Notes under the pieces: model-generated
Databases searched by the model: none
Told to the model about the DNA's origin: nothing
Seen by the model: only the letters and a program-made list of their open reading frames with translations
Translations under genes and position numbers: made by a program
In this document: one piece after another, positions 18,670-30,000 of the stretch
How positions within the stretch are numbered: position 1 is the first letter of the stretch
Layout: every line of letters begins with the position of its first letter
DNA from: a virus
Lineage: Duplodnaviria > Caudoviricetes
Direction: 5' to 3' (one strand)
Virus record (IMG/VR): IMGVR_UViG_3300048061_000324
Location: 1 to 63,794 of that record
DNA length: 63,794 nt

Positions 18670-19587
18670 TTAGAATCCAGATACTTGTGTGTTTGATGGT
18701 GTAGCAGGAGCATATACTGTACTCTTTCTAAACCCAACACTTACGGCTGTTCCAGATGCTACTGTGTCAGCAGTACTTGGAGCAATCGCCACAGATGCAT
18801 CTACTAATGAAATAGTAAAGTATACTCTGTGATTTGTTTCGTCTATTTTTGCTGTTACGTTAACATCGTTGGCACCGTATGCGCCACCACCAATGTTAGT
18901 ACCAGTATAAACTGCTTGGTAACTACCAGATAATGAAGTATAACCAAAAGCGGCTAAAGTACCACTACTACCTGTTCTTGTAGTTGCAGTTTTACCTAAT
19001 TTTAGTGTACCAATTTTGTTATTAAAAATGTCTCTCCAGTCATTATCTTGTGATGTTGACCCACTTGCGTGTTGGAAAGTTAAGTGGATTTCGCCACCTG
19101 TGTTAAAGAAACCATCTAAAGCCGCCTGTGAAGCGAACTGTGAATAAATTTCTGCAGTAATAGTTTCACTGCCGCCTGAACCCCAAGTACTGCCTCTTGA
19201 AGAAACAGCCGAGCCAGCCACTGTAGTTTGTTGTGCGGCATCAACGTTATTAGCATTTGTACTAATATCTGATACTGCTGATGATAAGTTTAATGTACCT
19301 GAACCCGATGTTGAACCATCTAATGCTTCAATCGTGTCACTTGTACTTGGGTTACTACCAATATTAATTGATGTACCCTGGTGTGTTGCGGCATTTGTTA
19401 CCGCTGTCATTAATGTCGCCCATGAACTTGCACTAACAGTTGCCGAAGCAGATACTGTTGATAGTGAAGTCTGACCGTAGCCCGAGCCACTTCTATAAGA
19501 AGCACTGTTACCAATTACGGTATTAACAGTACTTACGAACGAGTTGTAGTCTGCGGCTAAAATTGTATTGCCTGAACTATATGTCAT
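18670..19587 (-). CDS. Virion structural / tail fibre-associated protein
   Basis: Ser/Thr/Gly/Ala-rich; MTYSSGNTILAADYN N-terminus; FFNTGGEI; lies in tail fibre block. Confidence 0.7.
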   Translation of the reverse strand: MTYSSGNTILAADYNSFVSTVNTVIGNSASYRSGSGYGQTSLSTVSASATVSASSWATLMTAVTNAATHQGTSINIGSNPSTSDTIEALDGSTSGSGTLNLSSAVSDISTNANNVDAAQQTTVAGSAVSSRGSTWGSGGSETITAEIYSQFASQAALDGFFNTGGEIHLTFQHASGSTSQDNDWRDIFNNKIGTLKLGKTATTRTGSSGTLAAFGYTSLSGSYQAVYTGTNIGGGAYGANDVNVTAKIDETNHRVYFTISLVDASVAIAPSTADTVASGTAVSVGFRKSTVYAPATPSNTQVSGF

Positions 19588-19617
19588 TTATATTCCCCTA
19601 TATTCGAATAGTTGTTT

Positions 19618-21090
19618 TTAGTTTACTTTAACGAAGCACATTACTGAACCTTCGTCTTCCGTATATTTATTTTCCAATGCTCTACCAATAGTATTAAACG
19701 CATTGATTTCACTTGAAGAACCTGCTCTCGCAACTCCGTTACCTGCACTAATTAAACGATCGCCTTTGTTCACAGTACCGACTACCATTACTGGGACACG
19801 ACCTTGAATAGCAACTGCTGGGTGAGTATCCTCACTACCTGCTCCTGCATTCATTAAGTATGCTGGTCTAGTTGAGATAACGCCAAAAACTTTACTTGAA
19901 GCCTCTTCGTTAACTCTTGTAATTTCTTCTACTCCGCCTAGTGCTACTACTGTACCTGGAGCATAAACATTGTCAGAAGCAAAACGCTCTGCCAAGTCAG
20001 CATATTGTGCCGATGTACTTTCTCCATGAAATGTAGTTGCGTGTACTTCAGCAAATTTAGTTCCAGTAGAACCTAAGTCTCTTGTATTGTTTGCATCTGG
20101 TAATAAATCACCTGCTAATGCAACACTACCGTCACTTGCTAATGTACCGGAAGAACCTAATACACCATCAACGTATGCTTTAGTGGCTACACCTAATGTT
20201 TGTGTAGGAGCACCTAAAACTAAAACTTCACCCGTTGCGCCATCGATAGTTAATGCACTTTTTGGAGTACCACCATCGTTAACACCAAGAATTAAATCTC
20301 CGTCTGATGTATTATTTTTAATTGTAACATCATTACTTGCGATTGTCAATGTTAAATCATTATCAGCACCAACTGTTACACCACCGTCATTAAGAATACC
20401 TAATGTTCCGCTTGATGTGTCGTTAGCGTCTGAACGCAAATAACTTGTTGCGGCTTGACCACCTAATGAATCTGAATCAGTGGCTGTGCCGTTTAATTTG
20501 TTGTTTGTAACACCAGTACTTAAATTGTACCCTGGTGCAATACTTGAAAATCCTGTTATAGTTGGACTTGGTGTAAATGCTGTATCTTTACTTACGATTG
20601 CAACAATTACATCTGAAATCATTATTTTTACAATAACGTGGGCTGTTCCACCGCCATCATTTACTGATTCAACTACCGGTCCACTTTGTCCAGCACCTGA
20701 ACTAAACGCAGGTCCTACTAGTGTCCATGTTGCACCATTATAAACTTTTAATTGAGTATTAGCGGTATCCCACCATAAATCTCCTACTACACCTGACGCT
20801 GGCTGTGAGGCACTTGCAGTTGAACTTGAAACAGTTTTAAAAGTACTACCTGTGTAAACTTTTAATAAATTGTTTGTAGAATCCCACCAAAGTTGACCTG
20901 CCAACGGTGAACTAGGAGCAGTTGTGTTTGAGAAGTTCTCTAGCAGTTTGACAAAGTTTTCGTTTAACGCATCGCCGTAACCACTATAATTTTTTCCAAT
21001 AAGCGTTAAGTCAGCAGTTGAGCTGTCAATAGTACCGTCTGCCACGTTGGCTAGTACTGTTCCGCTTGTTTTATTAATTGTATAGGCCAT
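19618..21090 (-). CDS. Tail fibre protein with C-terminal autocleaving chaperone-like domain
   Basis: GQLWWD/GDLWWD repeats, ATKAYVD, YADLAERF...GVIS...GRVP...GRALE. Confidence 0.78.
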   Translation of the reverse strand: MAYTINKTSGTVLANVADGTIDSSTADLTLIGKNYSGYGDALNENFVKLLENFSNTTAPSSPLAGQLWWDSTNNLLKVYTGSTFKTVSSSTASASQPASGVVGDLWWDTANTQLKVYNGATWTLVGPAFSSGAGQSGPVVESVNDGGGTAHVIVKIMISDVIVAIVSKDTAFTPSPTITGFSSIAPGYNLSTGVTNNKLNGTATDSDSLGGQAATSYLRSDANDTSSGTLGILNDGGVTVGADNDLTLTIASNDVTIKNNTSDGDLILGVNDGGTPKSALTIDGATGEVLVLGAPTQTLGVATKAYVDGVLGSSGTLASDGSVALAGDLLPDANNTRDLGSTGTKFAEVHATTFHGESTSAQYADLAERFASDNVYAPGTVVALGGVEEITRVNEEASSKVFGVISTRPAYLMNAGAGSEDTHPAVAIQGRVPVMVVGTVNKGDRLISAGNGVARAGSSSEINAFNTIGRALENKYTEDEGSVMCFVKVN

Positions 21091-21113
21091 TTTATCTTTG
21101 CTCCAATTTATTG

Positions 21114-21121
21114 TATTTATT
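21114..21121 (-). promoter_or_regulatory. T4-type late promoter core (AATAAATA)
   Basis: TAAATA core upstream of tail fibre gene; recurs before many structural genes. Confidence 0.55.
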
Positions 21122-21143
21122 CAATTTTTAATATATCCATGTA

Positions 21144-21812
21144 TTAACTAATAGTACTTAGGTTGGTTAAAGTCTGAATTCTAACCGTATAATCTATTTG
21201 GATTAAGCGGTTTAATGACTTTTGTACTGGGTGAAACACTACATGAGTCAGTAATTTACCTGTTCCCACTGTTCCATTCCACGATTTAAGTCCTAATTCG
21301 TCAAATACATATGTGCTTTCGAAGTTACTTGCGTTGTCGAAAGCGGCTTGTCCACTAGGTTCACCATAATCTAGTAGGCAACTTACAACGATGTCAGTGT
21401 AAACCAAACTACTTGTATGGCTTACTTGAATTTTGTTTCTTACTGGGTCTGTGTTTAAACTACTTGTATCATCCACTACTTTATAGTAAGTTGGGTTATA
21501 CAAGTTTGCACTTTGTCCAGTATTGTTAGCAGGCAAATATGTAATAACTCCAGTTGGGTCAACACTTGTACCACCATTACCAAAGTGCATTTCGTGAACA
21601 AAACCGTTTGTTTTATTTGCTAAACTCATTGCTAATGCTTCACTCATATTCTCATAATGAATTGCATTACGTTTGTTTACAAATACTTCGCCGTTTTCAG
21701 GATCAAAGATTTTAATGTGTCCTTGAACTTGTACGCCGCCATTCTCATCTGGTTTTTTCATTTGTTTACTCTCGTTTTCTTTTTCGTTTTTAATTTCTGT
21801 TTCTTTTGTCAT
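21144..21812 (-). CDS. Virion structural protein (baseplate/tail fibre attachment)
   Basis: Position in tail module; KRNAIH, FDELGL, HPVQKSLNR motifs. Confidence 0.65.
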   Translation of the reverse strand: MTKETEIKNEKENESKQMKKPDENGGVQVQGHIKIFDPENGEVFVNKRNAIHYENMSEALAMSLANKTNGFVHEMHFGNGGTSVDPTGVITYLPANNTGQSANLYNPTYYKVVDDTSSLNTDPVRNKIQVSHTSSLVYTDIVVSCLLDYGEPSGQAAFDNASNFESTYVFDELGLKSWNGTVGTGKLLTHVVFHPVQKSLNRLIQIDYTVRIQTLTNLSTIS

Positions 21813-21813
21813 A

Positions 21814-24048
21814 TTATAACTTCAACATAATTTCTACTAACTTGTCACCATTGTCAGTATTTGTTTCTAATGCAATACCAACTATTGGTCCTGATCCGTT
21901 CATACTTGCTTTACCGTCTGCAATAGCAAGTGCCGGAGCACCTTTAGTAATTGGACCAGACACTATACAAGGTACACGACCTACTAGTGCTATTGGTTGT
22001 CCATCTGCATCTTTGTTCATTAAGTATGCAGGTGCAGTTGAAATAACTCCAGCAATATAATCATCGCCAGGTTGATATTTTCTAACTTCTTCAGTGCCAC
22101 CAACTACAACAACTGTACCTGGTAATAATTCAGCATTTGGTTTATATACCTCAGCCAAGTCAGCATATTGAGCCTGGGTAGCAGTTCCGCTAAACACACT
22201 TGCCATTAATGTATCTGTACTTGGATTATATGTTAAATTAGTATCAACATATAAATCTTCGTCTCCAGATGTAGCATCAGCAAATGTTAAATAATGTGTC
22301 GCGTTTGTACTACTGCTTTGTATATTTATCTTATCTGCATTTACGGCATCTGTAGCATTGGCTACTGTGCCAGTAACATTAATAGTCATTGTGTTATCTG
22401 TTGTAGCAGTGGTAATATTTGTTCCACCTGCAAATACTAATGTATCAGTACCAACAGTAACGTTGTCTGTAGTTGAACCATCACTAACTGTTAGTGTAGT
22501 ACTTAAACCTGAAACTTGTGCGTCAACATACGCCTTAGTAGAGGCATCTTGTGCCGCTGTTGGATCAGCCATTGCTGTAATTTTATTACTGCCCATTGCT
22601 AATTCACCAGCCATTGTTCCACCTGCTAGTGCAAGTTTAGTAGTGTCTGCTGTTGTTAATGCGTTTAGTTGTGTTTGGATAGCACTTGTTACACCATCTA
22701 AATATCCAATTTCTGTATAAGTTAATGTTGATGGTATTCCGTCTAATACATTTAATTCTGTTGCTGTTGCTGTAATACCAAGTCCGCCTAATGTTGCACT
22801 TGTTGGAGTTACAAACGTAACTACACCTGATCCATCAGTTGTTAATACTTGGTTGGCTGAGCCATCTGCTGTTGGTAAAGTGTATGCACCGTTAACATCA
22901 ATTCCGCCAGTAGTTTTTATACCTGTTGCTGTTGTCTCAAATTTCTTATTTGCATTGTGAAATATTTCAATTTGTGCACCGTTGTAACCTTTTAAGAAAT
23001 TTGTACCACTGCCATTTTCTAATACTAATGTGTTTGCTTGAAGTCTTAAACTTCCTGTTCCGCTATGTGTAAGAAAACTATGTGATGCATTATGTTGTAT
23101 TGTTAAATCTTGTGTGTTACCAAATGTTGCTTTAGCATTGTCGTTAAACTCTAGTCTATCACTTGCACTTGTCCAACCTGCGTTAGCACTTGCACCTGTT
23201 AGTGTTAAGTTTCCTCCAATGGTAACATTATTTGGTAATCCTACTGTTACTGTATTATCTGTAACGGCAGTTTCAATCTCATTCGCAGTACCAAGTATTG
23301 CTAAAGTATCTGTACCTACTGCTACTGTATCTGTTGTACTTCCATCACCAATTGTTAAAGAACTACTAAATCCTGATATAGCAGTATCAACATAGGCTTT
23401 AGTAGCCGCGTGTTGGGCCGCTGTTGGATCTACTACATTAATAATTTTTTGTGTGTTTGCATCTACATCTGTCGTTGGAGTAAATGCAACGTCAATTGTA
23501 TTGTTACCAGTATTTTGTGTAACTGCAATTATAGTATCAGTAGAACGTATTGTATTAAATTCTAAATCGATACCTACTTTTTGTTTGAATAAACTTCTAC
23601 CAGTTCCAATGTTTGAAACTGTGTTTGCTTCACCACCTGCCGCACCCGGTGCCGCCGCTGGTTTAAATTTTGTTCCGTCCCAAGTTAAAACATCACTAAC
23701 ACTTGGAACCGCAGTAGTTGTATCAACGTCACTTAATCCGTTAATTGATGTTGCCGCAATTCTTGTATCTACTAAACTATTTGAGAAGTATAAATTTGTG
23801 CTACCTTGTGTTAAATCATCTGTGGTTTTTGCAGTAAGTCTAGTATCAAAACGTGCATCAGTATAATATAAATTTGTATTTTCTGTAATTTGTGCAGTAG
23901 TAAGTGTAACGTTTCCTGAAAGCCCATTAACCGCAGAAACATTGGTAGTTTCTATAGTTGTAAGTCTAGAATCTATATCCGTAAAGTTGCCGTCTAACTC
24001 GTCAAAAGTTAGCGGTATTGCTTTATTGCTACGAAGTACTATTGCCAT
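21814..24048 (-). CDS. Tail fibre protein with C-terminal autocleaving chaperone-like domain
   Basis: LTFDELDGNF N-terminus; two DPTAAQ(H/D)A.TKAYVD repeats; YADLAEVY...GVIS...GRVP...GIALE. Confidence 0.78.
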   Translation of the reverse strand: MAIVLRSNKAIPLTFDELDGNFTDIDSRLTTIETTNVSAVNGLSGNVTLTTAQITENTNLYYTDARFDTRLTAKTTDDLTQGSTNLYFSNSLVDTRIAATSINGLSDVDTTTAVPSVSDVLTWDGTKFKPAAAPGAAGGEANTVSNIGTGRSLFKQKVGIDLEFNTIRSTDTIIAVTQNTGNNTIDVAFTPTTDVDANTQKIINVVDPTAAQHAATKAYVDTAISGFSSSLTIGDGSTTDTVAVGTDTLAILGTANEIETAVTDNTVTVGLPNNVTIGGNLTLTGASANAGWTSASDRLEFNDNAKATFGNTQDLTIQHNASHSFLTHSGTGSLRLQANTLVLENGSGTNFLKGYNGAQIEIFHNANKKFETTATGIKTTGGIDVNGAYTLPTADGSANQVLTTDGSGVVTFVTPTSATLGGLGITATATELNVLDGIPSTLTYTEIGYLDGVTSAIQTQLNALTTADTTKLALAGGTMAGELAMGSNKITAMADPTAAQDASTKAYVDAQVSGLSTTLTVSDGSTTDNVTVGTDTLVFAGGTNITTATTDNTMTINVTGTVANATDAVNADKINIQSSSTNATHYLTFADATSGDEDLYVDTNLTYNPSTDTLMASVFSGTATQAQYADLAEVYKPNAELLPGTVVVVGGTEEVRKYQPGDDYIAGVISTAPAYLMNKDADGQPIALVGRVPCIVSGPITKGAPALAIADGKASMNGSGPIVGIALETNTDNGDKLVEIMLKL

Positions 24049-24078
24049 TTTGTTTTATAATCCTGCTTCTTATATGTT

Positions 24079-24086
24079 TATTTATT
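24079..24086 (-). promoter_or_regulatory. Late promoter core (AATAAATA)
   Basis: Overlaps the stop of the giant gene, upstream of a tail fibre gene. Confidence 0.5.
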
Positions 24087-27000
24087 CGTTAATTTGGACG
24101 TAGTTATCGTCTACATAGCCACTTGCTATATATCTTCCACTTTGATCAAAAGTTACACCAACAAGTGGTACTGTTCCTTGACATTCAGTTAAAAATTTAG
24201 CCTGATTAGACGTTTGATCCTGGATTGTATTAGTATCACCGTATGTGTACCACACTTTACTATGCCCGTCTACTATCTCTTGACGTTCACTAACATCAAT
24301 AACTTGATCAGTTTCATAATGTCTAAATGCTCTTGCTGTTCCCATTGTTCCTCTGTGGATATTTTTTAATTTATTTCCATCAATTTCCCAATAAACAATA
24401 CGTTCTCCTGCAATCCAAATTACACCTGGAATATTGGCATTTAAGTTTGGTGTTGCTAATTTACTTGCATCTACTACTGAAATTTCTTTATCTGTTCTTA
24501 ATAAATCTGTTGCTAGTGCAGTTGTGTTATCTTCACACAACCTGTAGTAACGAACTTGTCCTAGTATGTCTTGCCATACTTTCCAAGAAACTCTTTGCTT
24601 AATAATGTTTTCACTAAATTGTGATATTACAATGATATCTGTGTTACCAATATTAGTTGTTAGTTTAAGTTTACCATCTTCAATTTCGTAATCTTGTTCT
24701 ACACTTAAACGTACACCGTTTTTACTAACCCAAAGATAATTTGCATTACTTGGAGTTCTATAGAGTGTGTAAGTCGGTGTATTAATAATTTGTGTTGTTG
24801 CAACATCAAATGAAGTTGATCCGTCAAACGGTGCACTATCAAAACCATTTGCTAATATAACTGCTGAAGCAGATGCACCTTTAAATGTTTGCGTTGTCAT
24901 ATCTAATACATTGTGGCTACTAAATGTTGTTACATTTAATTTAAATCCACTTGTAATAGTTAATCCACTTGCTAGTGTAATGTTTGTACTTGAAACTGTG
25001 TACTCGGCGTTTGTATTATCACCTATTGCAATTTTGGAACCACTTGATGGAGCAGAAGAAAATTGAACTTCCTTCGTACCCGAATTGTCAACGAGTGTCC
25101 AACCTGAGTTAGATACTCCATCAATAAACACTGAAACGTCTGATGCTGTTATAGTTGCGTGGTCTATATCAGCAACGTCAGTTAAAGCAAAGTTAGTTAA
25201 AGTCCCGTCACCAGTTGCGTATGTGTATACCGCAGGACGTAAACGTTCCTCTGCTAGTTCTACATAAATTTTAGCATCAACTGGACCTTCGTATAAAGGT
25301 TCGTTTGCGAGAGTAAAAGTCCTCGTACTACCATCCATAGTAAAGATCTCTTGCCCAATGTGGCTATACGCAATCCTTACACTTGGATCCAAATTGAATA
25401 CAAATATATGTATGTGGTCACCCACTGTCGGTTTATAACCGCCTGTGAATTCTAATTCTGCTCTGCTATTAATATTGTTAATTTGGTTATCTTTTTTAAC
25501 TCCATTAACTAATACTAATGCCTGTTGAGCAATACTTGAACTAATTGGAAGATTGTATTTTGCGTCAACACCATCTCCAGTTAGTACATAATCTAAAATC
25601 ATATTTTCACCACTGTTGCCTAAACTAACAATGTCGATAATATCTCCAACAACAGGAGCAACATTAAACACAACTTCGAAAGTTGTAAAATCAAGTGTAT
25701 ACTCATCTGGCTGTACCTTACCAGTCTGTGTTGTATAAATTAATAAGTTCATATTGTGATGTCCGTCACTAGTTCTAAAACTAAATCTTGTTTTGTTACC
25801 ATCACCTGTATGTTTAATAACATCTATTCTTGGGCTTAATCCATCGGTACCACCATATTCACTTGTAGGTGTTTGATAAATTTCCATATCTAAACTATCA
25901 AACACTCTACCAGGAACAAACTCTTCTGGTGCGTGTGAATTGTATTGGTCTACAAACTTGCCGCCAACTATGTTAATGTCTTCTGGTCTTGTGCCTAATA
26001 ATGAATCTCCAAACCTACTGCTAATATGTGTATCAGCAACTCCACTTATCATTGGAACACCTTCAGCACCAATCTCAAAGTTATCAAATGGAGAGTCATC
26101 AAATCCTGCACGATCCATACCAGGCTGTTTATCAAATCCTGGTCCTAATATTTTATTACCAGGATAGTCAATACCATAAAACAAGTTTTCTAATTCTTTA
26201 GCAGGTTGAATATCTGTTGGTTGGTAATATGCAATAGTTCTGTCCATTGCGTTTGCAAAAGTTTCATCAGCAATTACTGTTAAACTATCACTAGTAAATG
26301 TTGTTCCACTAGTAAAGTTCTCATCGGCTGTATATACTTCTCCTTGGTATGTAATTTTATTACCTGTAGTATATGATGTATTTGCTTGCCATTCTATAAT
26401 CTCTGAAGTATATTTGATTCTATCAAACTTCATTGTAGTGTCTATAGAACGTGCTTTTAAATTTTCTAATTGTGCATATCCAAGTGCAGTAGTACCAGTA
26501 CTAGTTGCAATTGATACATTAGGTGTACTAACATAACCTGTACCTTTATTTGTAATTTCAATACCTGTAACTACACCGGATTCTACTGTTGCTGTTGCTT
26601 TAGCACCAGATCCACCGCCACCAGTAATTGTTACTGCTGGAACAAAGTTATATCCTGTTCCACCATTAGTTACTGCTACACTGCCAATAGAATGTTTATA
26701 GTTATCGTTCCAAGGCTTATTAAATCCTGTTGACAGTCTTACTGAATCTTCACTATCACTGCCATCTGGTTTTCTATAATAACCTAAGTTAGAATCAAAA
26801 TAACTATTGATATCAAAATCAGTTAAGTCACCTGTCCACGGATCAGTTTTATTATAGTTTGAAATATATTCTCTAATCTTAGTTCTGTAAGGTTTTGCTT
26901 CTGCAATAAACTCACTAACATATGTTTGATTATCTTTACGGTAATATGGTAAATCATCTAAGGCTCTAATTTTATGATTAACACCAATGAATGATGTTTT

Positions 27001-30000
27001 AAATAACCAATCAATAAATGGTTGTTCATCTAATACATAATACAACATTGTAAATATTGTATTGTTTGCCGACAGAGCCATATCATCAATTAAAATTTTA
27101 TTTAAAATTGTTTCAACAATTTTTCTTGTTTCAATTTGTGGCTCTTGGTCAAATAATTGGAAGTCAAAAACTTCAGTGGCAAAACCATAACGTGTAGAAG
27201 TGTAATTCCAAATACCTTCGCTAATTTGTATAGTTGCGTTTTTAATACCTACAGTTGTATACTCAGTTCCGTTCCAATATAGTAACTCCCAGTTACCACC
27301 ATTTTCTACTTTAACTGTTTGTCCTACTGTAGGCGTTACATCAACTAAATCTTTTTTAAGTGCAATACTATAATCAATATAAGTGTCTGCACTAAAGTTT
27401 GTTTCATACCAGTCAGTGTATGACCAATAGTTACTAACGTCGTAGCCTTGTAACTTACCAAGTACCCAAGTATTATCTGCTCTTTTAGAATATATACTCC
27501 ATCTATTTTGTACAGTTGTATCTGTGCCAACAAGCACTTTATATCCTACTGGTTTTTCTTTAATACGAACATAACTTAATTCTGTATTGTTGGAAACTCT
27601 TTGATCCCAGTCGCCACTTGCTTGTTTAGGTTCTGGATCTTTTGCTAATAAATCAGTAATGTCTTTAGTTAATGTAATGGTATTTTTAGCCATTACTGTA
27701 TTAACCGTTGTTAAAAATTCTTTTAATGCAGACATTCTATTAATGAATAAACTTTGTCTTGGTCTAAATTGAATACCGTATTGCTCACTTGCACTTAATG
27801 TAGGATCTGGTACACTATTACCATAACTGTCTGCACCTACTAAACTATCTATTAACTTTCTTTTAAAGTTAGTAGGTAATGTAGCATCAGCAACATTCTC
27901 TTTTATTAGTGCCCATTCATTGTGAATTATTTTATCGTTTTTAGTTTTATCATAATCGATAACTAAAACAGTTCCAGTATTTTTTAATTCTGATGCAAAG
28001 TTATATAATGAAACATCACTTGAACCTGTAAATGCAACATACTTTAATTCAGCAGTTGTAGGATCGATTAATATATCTGTAACATCTTTAATACTTTTTG
28101 TTTTGTTCTTGGCTAAATCTAAAACATTTTTAACCCAGAAGAAATATCTATTTTTAACAACTGTACCTTGTATTTTAGAAACTGTTGTATACAGGCTTGT
28201 ACTATAAACTGTTCCAGAACCTTCGTATGCACTTGGAACCTTATCGCTTTCAACCCACTGGTAAACATTTATACTACTTCCAGGAAATACACTTCCCCAG
28301 AAACTACTTCTATATGCCCAGTCACCTTGTTCAGCATAAACATATTTTACTGTTGATAGATCCCACCAAATTTTTCCTACTTGATCCGGTCCCCAAGTAT
28401 GAGCACCTTCGATGGCATATGTTGCCGGATCCCATAATGTTTTGTAATCAATATTTTCATCTGCTATACCTGGGATCTTTCCTTTAATAGGATCGACCCA
28501 GTCATAATAATTAATAACTTCGTTTTTAATTTTATCGTAACTAAACACACGATTAATTTTTGTTATATCTACTAATTGTTGCTCTTGTTCATGAGTAACA
28601 AATATATCTTTTGCAGAACAGTAATGTGCAACTTGACCTGAATCAATAATGCTTCCTGACTTATCGTCATTAGGCATACCAATATAAATGTCATTACTGT
28701 CTAGTACTTGTAAAGCACTACCGAATAAATCATCAGCATCTATATTTGTGTTTGTAAATTTTTGTGTTTGTATGTAACTTGTATCTAACTCTTGATACGC
28801 ATAAACATTACCACCACGTTTTGTTGCATCGGCAAAGTGTGTACTGCTACTATCAAAATCTGTACCTTGTGTATCAAAAGACATCTGTGCGTTATATGTA
28901 CTTGTAGGCGCACCTACAACTAAAACTTTACCAGTTGTATCGATTGCAATCGATTTACCAAATTCTTGTCCATCAGTTTTAGCATTTTGTACAATATTTT
29001 GTACATTACCAAATTGGTCGCCAATAACATTCGCAAATAAGTTACCTGAAATATCTACAATAATAAGTTCGTTATCTTTGTCTGCAGATGTAATAGTTAA
29101 TTTATTATTACTAGCAGAAGCAGATATATTTGTTATACTTGCATTATTAATTTGTGTTGCAATGTCTTCTACATTTTTAGTATTAACACTTACTGTAGTT
29201 CCGTTAATTACTATTGAACCTGATGTAGTAGTTGTGTACTCAGGCCCAGTGTGCGACTTCGTAGGACCGCTTACGAGCCCTATTTTTGTAACAAGTCCAC
29301 TTGCTCTTTCAAATCTATTACAACCTGGAGCACCTGCAAATAATTTTGTAAATGTATTATTACAAGCAACACTTTCACCATAACGTCCATCAACATTATT
29401 AAGTGTAGTTGTTATTTTTTGTGTTTTAGAATATCCAGTTGAATTATATTTACTGTATACATACACTGCACCTTCGTTAGAATATGTAGTGTTTTCTGCT
29501 GGAGCACCAATAATAATATTGTCGCCTGTTTTATCTGTATCAATTGCAAAACCGAATTCAGTACTTGCTGTTCCATTAATTGTTGCTTTTAATTCCCAAC
29601 CAGGTCCTGACTTAACTCTAATTTCTGCACTTGTGGCTGGTGCTGTTGTAAATGTAATAGTTGTTCCTGATACAGTAACATCTTCGTGTTGTATTTGTAC
29701 AACACCATCTACAGTAACAATACTTGCTTCTGCGTTTGCTGTTGTTGTGAATGCTGTTGTTGTGTTATCGCCGGTAAACGAATCTGTAGTTGTAAACGTA
29801 TCTGTGTCTGTTGCTCTTTTAAACACATAAACTTTATCCACACCTGGAGCACCTGCAACTAATGTACTTCCGTCTTTACTAAATTTAACATTTAGTTTTG
29901 AAGTACCTGTTATACTTGGCGGTGCCCAAGCAAAAGAAACATTATACTGATTTCCTTCTTGATAATAAATGTGTAAGTTACCTTCTGGACAGCCTACACT

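Noticed and set aside
18670-24048. Diversity-generating retroelement or invertible fibre cassette
   Set aside because: No reverse transcriptase or recombinase, and the similar C-termini of the two fibres differ at many non-adenine positions
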